Source of the DNA: Aliivibrio fischeri ES114 | Lineage (GTDB): Bacteria; Pseudomonadota; Gammaproteobacteria; Enterobacterales; Vibrionaceae | Length of the DNA stretch: 32,000 bases | NCBI RefSeq assembly: GCF_000011805.1 | Contig: NC_006841.2 | Direction: 5' to 3' (one strand) | In this document: piece after piece, positions 19,204-28,613 of the stretch | Layout of the letters: the number at the start of each line of letters is the position of its first letter | Position numbering within the stretch: position 1 is the first letter of the stretch | Notes under the pieces: generated by a model | Seen by the model: the letters and a program-made list of their open reading frames with translations, nothing else | What the model was told of the DNA's origin: nothing | Database searches by the model: none | Made by a program: the position numbers and the translations under genes

Positions 19204-20424
19204 TTATATTGTAAAATTACTTAAACCTTTATCTTGTTTATTAATTAAAGTCATCACATTATTACATTGAAAATATACATCTTTCATTTTTTCTGATGCT
19301 TCTTTCGTTGAAAGATACAGATCATTAATATTTCGATTAACATCACTAATAGCAATAGCTTGTTCTTCTGTAGCCGTCGCAATAACAACACTTGAGTCAC
19401 TCATTTTTCTAATACCCTCGACAATTATATCTATCGATTTATTAACAACTATCGATTTACTGACACAATCGTCAATCAAAGTAATCACTTGTTTTTCCAT
19501 AATATCACTAACATGTAATGTTCTTGACATAATAGTGTCAACAATTGTATTAATTTTCCCAGTAGATTCTTGTGTTTTTTGCGCGAGTACTCTAACTTCA
19601 TCAGCAACTACAGCAAAACCTCGACCAGATTCACCAGCCCTTGCTGCTTCTATTGCTGCATTTAGTGCTAATAGATTAGTTTGCTCCGCAATATTGCTAA
19701 TAATATATATAATATCATTAATATTTTGAGTCTCAACTTTCAAATCTCGAACAGATTCAGAGCATGAGGTAATTGCTTCATGTACAAGATTCACTGACTC
19801 TGAGGACATGTTTATTAATTCTTTTGCTTTCTCACTTTCAGATAAGGCAATACTAGAATCAACTGATGATTGCTCTGTATTTTTAACAACATTAATGATA
19901 GTGGAATACATTTGATCACTAGCTGTAACTATTTGAGTTATTTTTGACTCTTGCTCCATACCCATATCATTTAAATCGTTAATAATATTATTAACAGTCC
20001 CCATACCTGAAATAACAATACCACTATTATTTGCAAGCTCCTGAACTAGATTATGTACTGGAATCCTAAAGCTTCTTAACCCTAATGCTATTTTACCAAA
20101 CTCATCATATTTAAATTTACCAATATTTAATGCCTCACAAACAGGGCCCTCTCGTAAATCAAACTTTTGTAATTGATTCATATGTTCTGTTAATACTTTC
20201 AAATGAGGTATAATGCTATTATATGTAAAAATAGCAGATATAAAAGTCAAAAAAACAATAATATAATTAAATATTATAAGATGTTTAATAATATCTTTTG
20301 AAAAAAAATCCTCAATTTGGTTTATTACAACAACACCGTTTACAAACAACATTAATAATATACTATACAATATAAATAAAACTTTAAATTTTATAGATTT
20401 TGATTGCTTCATTACAAACCTCAA
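19204..20424 (-). CDS. Methyl-accepting chemotaxis protein with minimal periplasmic region
   Basis: Two N-terminal TM helices separated by about 10 residues; signalling tip '[30 protein letters not shown]'. Confidence 0.92.
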   Translation of the reverse strand: MRFVMKQSKSIKFKVLFILYSILLMLFVNGVVVINQIEDFFSKDIIKHLIIFNYIIVFLTFISAIFTYNSIIPHLKVLTEHMNQLQKFDLREGPVCEALNIGKFKYDEFGKIALGLRSFRIPVHNLVQELANNSGIVISGMGTVNNIINDLNDMGMEQESKITQIVTASDQMYSTIINVVKNTEQSSVDSSIALSESEKAKELINMSSESVNLVHEAITSCSESVRDLKVETQNINDIIYIISNIAEQTNLLALNAAIEAARAGESGRGFAVVADEVRVLAQKTQESTGKINTIVDTIMSRTLHVSDIMEKQVITLIDDCVSKSIVVNKSIDIIVEGIRKMSDSSVVIATATEEQAIAISDVNRNINDLYLSTKEASEKMKDVYFQCNNVMTLINKQDKGLSNFTI

Positions 20425-21370
20425 TTAAATAAAAACCACATTAAAACTAAAACTATATAGACTTTTCACAAACCAATTCAGTTATTTTATGCAAATTACA
20501 AAACATAAAATGCTAAATTTAGAGTTAATTAGCTCCAAACAATAAGATGAAAAGCATATAAAATGATATCGTACTTTCTATTTCGTTACCCAAGAACGAA
20601 TAAACTACGATAATGGTTTAACTCGCTATGTGGTCACTCCATAACCCAATAATAGTCCTTAAAATCATCAGATTTTTTAACTCGCAATCTCTTATGCTAG
20701 TGATTGAATATGAGGAATATTGTTCAAACCAACTCCCCTTTACCTTGTAACTATTAACTTATAAACCTTTATTTAGTTAAAGCGCAATTGTAATGATGGG
20801 CGATAACACTCTAATGTATCTAAAATCTGATATGTTGTGGGCTTTTACAACGACAAATGGCTATCCATCGCATCATCAACAAACTTCGTTTTACACCTTA
20901 TTTTGCTCTATCTTTTGGGATTTTGCCTTTTTTGAACTAGTTAACGAGACTTTAGTTTATGGCTTTCATTTATATAAATAAGTCAATCAAAACATCCATA
21001 AATCAAGCTATTTTTCAAAATCGTGCAAAACCCTGTCTCATTAAATACACTCCACTGACAACAAGTTCAGAAAATAAAAAAACGTTCATCACATCACTAT
21101 TATCGGCTATTTCGATGTGTATATAGAAAGATTGATAGTCTTATGGGAGGGTAATCGCGGCTGAATTTATTCTTAGAAAAATAAAGATTAAGTATTATGT
21201 TGAGCTTATTTACAGGATTTCCAATAAGTATTGATTTAATCCAAATAACACCAATTGAGATAAATTTTAAACTACTAACTTTGTTAGTATAAAATTAGCT
21301 CAATTTTGACTTATTACATACCCTACTACTTAATAGTCAAAAGTCTTTTCAACACAATAAACTAACAAAA

Positions 21371-21402
21371 AAGCCCAAAGTAGTGATTTACGCTTTGGGC
21401 TT
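21371..21402 (-). terminator. Rho-independent terminator of the YhcH-family gene
   Basis: AAGCCCAAAG...CTTTGGGCTT stem; on the minus strand followed by a T-run (GGGCTTTTTTGTT). Confidence 0.8.
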
Positions 21403-21435
21403 ATCTATTCTTTTCGATAAAACTGAGGATGTACT

Positions 21436-21906
21436 CTACACCAACAATGCACTATTCACTTTAATGATTAACTTCTTCACTGCTGCTGGCGTATCATTAA
21501 CCGCTACAAGAGGACGATGAGGTTGCTTAGGGTTAAAGATAATAAACTCTCCTTTACCTAGCGTTACAAATTGCTCATCTTTTACATCATTACTAAAAGC
21601 AATGTCTTTCTCTTCTAAGTAATCGTCTTCAATCGATATTAATGGATACTCACTGTAGCCAAACGTCTCACTACCTTCTAATAATAGTTGTACATCTAGG
21701 TATTTGTGATGAATTTCAGAGCGGCGGTTTTCCTTTAACTCCGTTTTATCATCAACAATAAAATACACTGACTCATCATGAGGCAATGGGTAATTCCCAA
21801 CCGATGTATTCTGCTCAGTTTGCTCTTTTACATATTGAATAATTTCGATAATCACAGGATGCAAATCTGCTCCTTGAATATCTTTACTCCACTTACCTAT
21901 AAACAC
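21436..21906 (-). CDS. YhcH/YjgK/YiaL family protein
   Basis: 156 aa; 'RRSEIHHKYLDVQLLLEGSE' and 'GEFIIFNPKQPHRPLVA...VKKLIIKV' are characteristic cupin-like motifs. Confidence 0.9.
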   Translation of the reverse strand: MFIGKWSKDIQGADLHPVIIEIIQYVKEQTEQNTSVGNYPLPHDESVYFIVDDKTELKENRRSEIHHKYLDVQLLLEGSETFGYSEYPLISIEDDYLEEKDIAFSNDVKDEQFVTLGKGEFIIFNPKQPHRPLVAVNDTPAAVKKLIIKVNSALLV

Positions 21907-22019
21907 GATGACCTCAAATTAATGCGTTTAATTGAAGTAAAATAGTAGCATGAGTTATTCCTATGAGTAAGTTATAATCAGCATGATAATTCATTGATGA
22001 TATTCAAAAAAGGGACTTC

Positions 22020-23030
22020 ATGGCTAAACAAAACCCTATTTACCTTATTCGTGTATATGCAGCCAAAATGCTGATTGAGCATGCTATGAAGCATTATGGG
22101 TTAAGTCATTCAGACTTTAATATGCCAAGTGATTTATTTAATTATGAATTAAAACTAATGCCCTTACGTGATTTTGAAGCTTTACTTTGTAAGATAGAAG
22201 ATTTAACTCAAGACCCCGCTTATACAGCCAAATTATCGCAATCCACTAACTTGAAACAGTTTGGCCCTTTCGTGCAATTAATCGCAAGCTCAACCAATCT
22301 TGGTATGGCAATTAAACGAGTTAATACTGTTCATAATGCGATTCAATCTGGGGTTCAAGTAAATATGTTACTTAGTGGCTCAATAGCTAAGTGGCGTTTT
22401 TTAAGCCCAACAACTCTACCTCAAGCACGCATCCATGAAAGCATTCTTGCTGCCGGGTCTTTTTTACGTTTGCTGAAATTATTTCACGGTGAAGATTACC
22501 AACCTATCGCAATTCACTTAACTGGAACACCATCGAGCAATCAGCATGAAGTTGAATCCATTTTCAATTGTCCCATCACATGGAACTGTCCAAACACTCA
22601 AGTATGGTTCCCAGTTAAAGACATTACATGTCCAAGACGTTTTGAGCTGCCGACCTCGCAAATCAAAGCCTTTACTGTTGAACAAGCAATGAGTTACATG
22701 TTGATTCCACAACCACATGACATTCTAAAAGTCGTATTCGAACTAACCAAATACGCTTTATTTTATGGCTATCCAACTCTTGAATTTGTGGCTGACAAGG
22801 TTGGTATGAAACCTCTTACGTTACAGCGTCGCTTACAAGAACAAAGTATTTCTTTTACTAACATTGTTCACCACAGCGTTTGTGATGAGGCCATAACCTT
22901 AATGAGCACAAAGTTAACAATGGACGAGATTGCGCGCCGTGTAGGTTATAAAAGCACAGCCTCTTTCTCTGTTGCATTTAAACGTATGTATGGTGTAACA
23001 CCACAATTATATCGACAAGACTATATTTAA
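22020..23030 (+). CDS. AraC-family regulator, OruR-like N-terminal domain
   Basis: C-terminal 'MDEIARRVGYKSTASFSVAFKRMYGVTPQLYRQDY'; 336 aa with arabinose-binding-domain-like N-terminus. Confidence 0.88.
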   Translation: MAKQNPIYLIRVYAAKMLIEHAMKHYGLSHSDFNMPSDLFNYELKLMPLRDFEALLCKIEDLTQDPAYTAKLSQSTNLKQFGPFVQLIASSTNLGMAIKRVNTVHNAIQSGVQVNMLLSGSIAKWRFLSPTTLPQARIHESILAAGSFLRLLKLFHGEDYQPIAIHLTGTPSSNQHEVESIFNCPITWNCPNTQVWFPVKDITCPRRFELPTSQIKAFTVEQAMSYMLIPQPHDILKVVFELTKYALFYGYPTLEFVADKVGMKPLTLQRRLQEQSISFTNIVHHSVCDEAITLMSTKLTMDEIARRVGYKSTASFSVAFKRMYGVTPQLYRQDYI

Positions 23031-23131
23031 TTAAAATAACTCAAAAACCATCAAACCTGTAAAATCAGGAAGGTTAAAAAGTAAGCAATAAGAGTTCTAA
23101 TTAGAACTCTACATTAATTACTATTTGGTTT

Positions 23132-24928
23132 ATGAATATTATGATTAAAAAACGTCTAAAATTAAAATTGATTTTATTAGTGCTCACTAGCTTATTGCTC
23201 GTCTCTTGTAAAAATGACAATGACGAAGATCACTCCAATATTTCCACAATCACTATCACACCAAAAGAAGTACCGACACAAGGTGTTAGTGGTTACGTTT
23301 TAAGGACCGTCCAACAACTAGAACTTATCGCTATAGCTGAAAACAGGGACAACACCACTCAAGATATTACAAAACACGTAACATGGCATAGTACTGTCCC
23401 TGAAGCGGCCAAAATGAATGGCTCTTCCGTTGTGGGGGTAGATATTGGTGAAACCGAGATATCAGCACGCTATAATGGCATTGAGAGTAGTAACTCAATA
23501 CACATCAGAGTAAACTATGGTAACATTAAAAATCTTCGAATAACCCCTGCAATAACATCAATATCAAAAACGCTCCCAGTACAGCTAAATTTAACAAGCG
23601 TATTTGAAGATCGTACGACAGCTAACATAAGTACTCGTAGATGGTCATCATCAAACGAAGACGTTGCGAGCGTATCAATAACAGGGTTAGTTACACCTAA
23701 AAAAGTTGGTGAAACGACAATCACAGCAAGAAAAGGAAGAAAAAAAGCAACCGCAAAAATCATTGTAACAGATGCAGAGCTTAAAAAAATTACCCTTTTC
23801 CCCTTAAATGCTTATGATGGGGTAACAAAAGTTGGAGTTGTTATAGCACCGCTCGGAAAAAAGACCCAACTAAAGGCGATGGGTACATTTGATGACCATA
23901 CAGCCAGAGAGCTTGATCCATCTAAGGTCACTTGGAAATCAGAAGACAAGCAAATAGCAACGGTATCAAACCGAGGGGAAATAACACCCCAAAAAATGGG
24001 CAAAATTAATATCACAGCAACTAAAGATGGCATAAGCGAAACCTTACCACTTGAAGTAATCCACCCTAAAATTGCAAAAATAATGATAGAGCCCGGTGCC
24101 GGCGACAGGATTGAAACTCCACTAGGTCGTGAAGTTCAATTAACTGTTTCAGGAATATTAACTGACGGTAGAAAAGTACAAAATTTGGCGACACACATTA
24201 GACTCCTCTCAACGAACGCGGCAACGATGAGATATGAGATAGGAAAACCAGCAGTTCTCGTTCCTGTTACACCAGGAGAAGCAACCGTTACTGCAACAGT
24301 AGACGGTCACATCGCTACCTCATCGATAACCATAACCCCTGAAGTGTTAGAAAGAATTATAATCACACCAGAAAAAGCGTCTGTTCCATTATATGGAACG
24401 ATTCAATTAACAGCTAAGGGAGTTTTCTCAAACTCCAATGAACCGAAAGACATTACGAATGTAGCGTGGGATACAACATCAAGATTCGGTATTGTAGCCC
24501 TCGATAATAAAGGTAAAGTTACCTTATTAAAAGACGGCGATACAAACATTATCGCTACAAAAAACTCAATTCAATCTACAGTGACAATAACCTCTGAGGA
24601 CAAATTAGCTTCCATTTCATTCCCAAAAAAAGAATATTATATTGAGAAAGGCAAATCAGGTAAGCCTCTAGAGGTAATAGGAACAACCCAAAGCGGAAAA
24701 CAAATCTTACTCCACAACTCCTCTTTAAAATTTCATTCTAATGATTCAAAAGTAGCATCTGTGATAAACGGTCGAATAACAAACCCAGGACAAGGCTCGG
24801 TGACAATAACTGCAATATATGAACTTTGGTCTGATAAAGGAAGAAAGCAGCTTAGAGCACAAATGAGGTTCACGTGTATCGAGCACGTCTACTCCGTCAC
24901 ATGTAGAATCCCTAAACCCTCTAGATAG
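23132..24928 (+). CDS. Lipoprotein with multiple BIG2 (Ig-like) repeats
   Basis: Lipobox 'LLLVSCKN'; repeated '...V.W.S.....A.V...G.VTP...G...ITA...' units (about 5-6). Confidence 0.85.
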   Translation: MNIMIKKRLKLKLILLVLTSLLLVSCKNDNDEDHSNISTITITPKEVPTQGVSGYVLRTVQQLELIAIAENRDNTTQDITKHVTWHSTVPEAAKMNGSSVVGVDIGETEISARYNGIESSNSIHIRVNYGNIKNLRITPAITSISKTLPVQLNLTSVFEDRTTANISTRRWSSSNEDVASVSITGLVTPKKVGETTITARKGRKKATAKIIVTDAELKKITLFPLNAYDGVTKVGVVIAPLGKKTQLKAMGTFDDHTARELDPSKVTWKSEDKQIATVSNRGEITPQKMGKINITATKDGISETLPLEVIHPKIAKIMIEPGAGDRIETPLGREVQLTVSGILTDGRKVQNLATHIRLLSTNAATMRYEIGKPAVLVPVTPGEATVTATVDGHIATSSITITPEVLERIIITPEKASVPLYGTIQLTAKGVFSNSNEPKDITNVAWDTTSRFGIVALDNKGKVTLLKDGDTNIIATKNSIQSTVTITSEDKLASISFPKKEYYIEKGKSGKPLEVIGTTQSGKQILLHNSSLKFHSNDSKVASVINGRITNPGQGSVTITAIYELWSDKGRKQLRAQMRFTCIEHVYSVTCRIPKPSR

Positions 24929-24945
24929 ATAATAAATATGTAATA

Positions 24946-24985
24946 AAGATCCAAGAAAGTCTTTTTGTTGATTTTCTTGGTTCTT
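24946..24985. terminator. Terminator-like imperfect hairpin after the BIG2 gene
   Basis: AAGATCCAAGAAA / TTTCTTGGTTCTT (13 bp, one mismatch), 17 nt after the stop codon. Confidence 0.45.
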
Positions 24986-25124
24986 ACTCTGTAATATACT
25001 TTGCAGACCTTCCTTTTAAAAACATCAAAAATAAATAATTAATGATATAAACAAATACTAAACGTCGAATTTTTTCCGGTTTTGCCACATGATGCTTGCC
25101 CATTATTATTGAGGTGAGTCATTT

Positions 25125-25487
25125 ATGAGTTTAGTCAGTATGCCGTTTGTTGGTTCTGGACAAGATTTAGGGTTACACATTGCAGCAAGCGTCGTTATGA
25201 TAGGAAGCATAGTCGCTCTTGGTTATGGTTTTTGGAAACTTCATGAATTACCAATTAACAAAGCACATAGCAAACAACATCAACAAATTGGTCTAATTAC
25301 CGCCCTCACATGGATAGGATTTGTTTGGCATTGGGTGTGGGTTTTAGCCGTTATTTGTGCCTTTGTTGATGCAGAAAAAGCCTTAATTAAAGTTCGAGAT
25401 ATTTGGCGACAACCTCCAACCATTGAATCATCGACACAAAAAGCATCGACGGCTAAACCAACTCAAGAGGAGAATCATCATGCTTGA
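25125..25487 (+). CDS. Small inner-membrane protein (about 2-3 TM), 120 aa
   Basis: Hydrophobic segments 'ASVVMIGSIVALGYGFW' and 'LITALTWIGFVWHWVWVLAVICAFV'; GAGGTGA ribosome-binding site; overlaps the HlyD-like gene. Confidence 0.75.
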   Translation: MSLVSMPFVGSGQDLGLHIAASVVMIGSIVALGYGFWKLHELPINKAHSKQHQQIGLITALTWIGFVWHWVWVLAVICAFVDAEKALIKVRDIWRQPPTIESSTQKASTAKPTQEENHHA

Positions 25488-26703
25488 GGGTTTAGCGGTA
25501 TGGGCTCTATTTATATATCTACTTAGAATGGTAGGTATGCCTTGGAATAAATTTACCCAAGCTTTTGCTTATATTGGTGGCGGATCTTGGTTGCTATTTG
25601 TATGGGCAGGGTTACTCAATTATACCCCAATGGATCTTTCTGGTGGTTCTGTTGTTCAATCACCACACATCCAGTTACGTCCTGCAAGCACTCAAATTAA
25701 AGGTACAGTAAAAGCCATTCATATCGAGCCAAACCAAGAGGTCAAAAAAGGACAGTTAGTTTATGAACTCGATGATGAGCTTTACCAAATCGCACTAAAT
25801 AAAGCAGAAGTTGCTTTTGAAGCAAGTGAAGTTGCATTAGCGGTAGCAAAGCAAAATGTAAAACTGGCCAACCAAGCAATTATTGCTTCAGAAAGTGATG
25901 TTGTGGTCAGTCAAAAACAAATTGAAGCGAAGAGCCAAGATTTAAAATACAAAAAACTGACATTGCAACGTTACGTTGAGCAAAATAGAAAAGTAAAAAA
26001 TACCATCACACAAAGCGCATTAGATGAACAAGGTACACTCGTTTCTATTGGTGAAATTGAAGTTGCTAGTGCCATTGCTCAACTTGATAAAGCCAAGCTA
26101 GCAAACGAAAAAGCTCAGCTTGATTTCGACAATGCAAAGTTAGGTGTTAAAGCAAAAGAAAGTGAATTAGCCAGCGCACAAGAAAGCGTAACACAAGCAC
26201 AATGGAACTTAGACAATACTAAAGTTTATGCGCCAGCAGATGGTTATGTTACCAACTTTATCTTACGTGAAGGTCAATATGTTGGAACCGTTCCTCGTAT
26301 GCAAATGTACACCAATGAAAAATATGTGTTAATGCGTGTAAATCATCAAGCAATACGTAACGTAAAAGTTGGACGTCCAGCTGAATTCTCAAGTGCGGTA
26401 TATCCAGGAAAGATATTTGTAGCCGAAGTTGAAGGTATCATTGAGGCAACAGGTGAAGCACAAGCAAACCTACTCGGTAGAGAAACCAATGTTCGTCAAA
26501 CTACGGGGCTAAACGTCAATAACAAACACCATTTTGTACGTTTAAAACTCCAAGAAGACCAAGGATATGATATTCCTGTTGGATCCGTTGGCTTAGCTTG
26601 GGTATCCGGTGAAAAACCAATTGGGTTCATGGCCTTTTTAGATGTAATTCGTGGCATCATCATTCGTATGAAATCACAAATTTACTTCTTCTATTCACTA
26701 TAA
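25480..26703 (+). CDS. HlyD/EmrA-like membrane fusion protein
   Basis: 'VQSPHIQLRPASTQIKGTVKAIHIEPNQEVKKGQLVYELDDELYQIAL' and 'TKVYAPADGYVTNFILREGQYV'. Start chosen at ATG 25480; the track ORF begins at 25423. Confidence 0.88.
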   Translation: MLEGLAVWALFIYLLRMVGMPWNKFTQAFAYIGGGSWLLFVWAGLLNYTPMDLSGGSVVQSPHIQLRPASTQIKGTVKAIHIEPNQEVKKGQLVYELDDELYQIALNKAEVAFEASEVALAVAKQNVKLANQAIIASESDVVVSQKQIEAKSQDLKYKKLTLQRYVEQNRKVKNTITQSALDEQGTLVSIGEIEVASAIAQLDKAKLANEKAQLDFDNAKLGVKAKESELASAQESVTQAQWNLDNTKVYAPADGYVTNFILREGQYVGTVPRMQMYTNEKYVLMRVNHQAIRNVKVGRPAEFSSAVYPGKIFVAEVEGIIEATGEAQANLLGRETNVRQTTGLNVNNKHHFVRLKLQEDQGYDIPVGSVGLAWVSGEKPIGFMAFLDVIRGIIIRMKSQIYFFYSL

Positions 26704-26716
26704 ATACTTTCGTTTT

Positions 26717-26749
26717 GCCCTTCTGCTCAACTCTCTCGAGCGGAGGGGC
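26717..26749 (+). terminator. Rho-independent terminator after HlyD-like gene
   Basis: GCCCTTCTGCTC / GAGCGGAGGGGC stem (two G-U pairs) followed by TTTTTT. Confidence 0.85.
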
Positions 26750-26753
26750 TTTT

Positions 26754-27617
26754 TTATAACCCCATCCATTCCATAAATGGTTTTTTCTTACTCAATTTGT
26801 CAATAATCTGCTGTCTTACTTTTCTATGCTGTGGGTCATTAATGTAACGCTTGTGATATATAAACTTATACTTAGCATTATCTAATTTAACAGGACACGG
26901 ATAAATCGCTAAATTCAGTTGTTTTTCCCACCGCTTTGCAAATGATTGAGAAACTAAACCTAAAGAATCCCCCTGCGAGACAAACATAAGCACACTTGAT
27001 AACGAAGATACAGTTAATGCAATATTCCTTTCTTCAACAGGTTCTTGCGCTATTTGTTCAAATCCATTCATTCCCTGCCATAAAGCAGAATAAATCACAT
27101 GCGATTCTCTGTAATAATCCACTTTTGTCAGTTCTCCTTGAATCCGAGGATGATTTTTTGCACACACAACAACTAAAGGTTCAACATAAGCATCTTCAAT
27201 AACAAAAGCAGAATCTTTCATTGTCGCAACGTCTAAAACTAAATCAACTTTTTGTTCTCTCAAGTGTTCAAACAACATTGATTGACTTCGTGGAGATTCT
27301 GCAAAATTAATTTGTTCTAAACCAACCAATGAATGAAGAATAATTTCAGCACAATACACAGATAATGTATTTTTATCATTAACCGCGTCATTAATCGTAT
27401 CTAATGCGAATTGAAACTTAGTTGCTAACGCATGAGCTTTTGAAGTGGCTTCTATTCCTCGACCTTTCTTAATAAATAATTGTTTACCTATCTCAGATTC
27501 AAGACGTTTAATTGCAGCACTCACCGCAGGTTGAGTCAACATCAATAATTCAGATGCTTTTGTATACGATTGACACTGATATACCGCCATAAACGTACGG
27601 ACTAAATTTAAATCCAT
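26754..27617 (-). CDS. LysR-family transcriptional regulator
   Basis: 'MDLNLVRTFMAVYQCQSYTKASELLMLTQPAVSAAIKRLESEIGKQLFIKKGRGIEAT' classic LysR wHTH. Confidence 0.95.
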   Translation of the reverse strand: MDLNLVRTFMAVYQCQSYTKASELLMLTQPAVSAAIKRLESEIGKQLFIKKGRGIEATSKAHALATKFQFALDTINDAVNDKNTLSVYCAEIILHSLVGLEQINFAESPRSQSMLFEHLREQKVDLVLDVATMKDSAFVIEDAYVEPLVVVCAKNHPRIQGELTKVDYYRESHVIYSALWQGMNGFEQIAQEPVEERNIALTVSSLSSVLMFVSQGDSLGLVSQSFAKRWEKQLNLAIYPCPVKLDNAKYKFIYHKRYINDPQHRKVRQQIIDKLSKKKPFMEWMGL

Positions 27618-27801
27618 GACTTACTAATACTCACTTAGGGTTAAAAAAACAGTCAAAAAACACCCATCCATAAATTGAATTTTGGTAACAGCGTAAGTTC
27701 ACCTTATTTATCACCACTCTACCACTGGTATATTTATTGCGCACTTACTCAATAGCAGTAATGTGCGTTGACTCATTAAAGATAAATAAAAAGAGCAAAT
27801 A

Positions 27802-28563
27802 ATGAAAAAAACACTTTTATTGATTTCGCTTCCTCTATTTTCATTATCATGCATTGCAGAAGAAACAACACAAGACATGTCTGACCCTCTAGCCGTTTAC
27901 ACTCAAGCAGGTTTTGGCATAACAGATAAAGGCATAAACCTAAAAGTAGGTCAAACTTACGATACGGGTAATGCCGATACTGCTGCAATGAACATAATTG
28001 AACTTAAAGGTATTGGCGGAGAGCTGCTGAACCTACGCAACCTTGATGATTACCCTTCTGTCGATGATTCTATCGATTCGTTTCGTTTTCGTAATTTTAG
28101 CGCAAACATGAAGAACGGAAGTGGTCATCAAATAGATATGTCTTATGACGTAGAGACTGAAACCCTCTCAAGCTCATACAGCATTATCCAAACACTGCCC
28201 AAGATGGGAATATTCAGCTTTTTCCCTCTTGCGGGGGCAGGCGTCACAATCCAAAACGATCAAACAGGAGCTAATGGATACAGTATTCCAGGTACTTTTG
28301 CTTTAGTTGGTATGTATGCGAAAGCTCAATTAACCGACAAGATTTGGATCAACTACAACCCTATGTATATGTCTGCCCTTTCCGGATCAGATAACTACAA
28401 AGAAAGTGCTTATGGCAATGGAAACAGCGACATCTTAACTCATGAATTCGCTATTTCTTATCAAATAAATCCGAGATCTAATATTCGATATTTTGCTAAT
28501 TGGAATGAATATACCGACATCTCCAAAGGCGATCACCGCATCGAATACAACTACCAATTTTAA
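27802..28563 (+). CDS. Predicted outer-membrane beta-barrel protein, function unknown
   Basis: Signal peptide, alternating amphipathic strands, C-terminal 'HRIEYNYQF' ending in Phe. Confidence 0.7.
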   Translation: MKKTLLLISLPLFSLSCIAEETTQDMSDPLAVYTQAGFGITDKGINLKVGQTYDTGNADTAAMNIIELKGIGGELLNLRNLDDYPSVDDSIDSFRFRNFSANMKNGSGHQIDMSYDVETETLSSSYSIIQTLPKMGIFSFFPLAGAGVTIQNDQTGANGYSIPGTFALVGMYAKAQLTDKIWINYNPMYMSALSGSDNYKESAYGNGNSDILTHEFAISYQINPRSNIRYFANWNEYTDISKGDHRIEYNYQF

Positions 28564-28613
28564 TAGCAATATCCGTTTTTAATTAAACGTACTCTACACT
28601 TTATGGAGCTTTT

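Noticed and set aside
20793-20981. 62 aa ORF MMGDNTLMYLK...
   Set aside because: Low-complexity aromatic composition, no clear ribosome-binding site and no recognised family; not supported as a gene.
21950-21975. Short direct repeat ATGAGTTAT...ATGAGTAAGTTAT upstream of the AraC/OruR-like gene
   Set aside because: Could be an AraC half-site pair, but it is too short and too imperfect to support from sequence alone.
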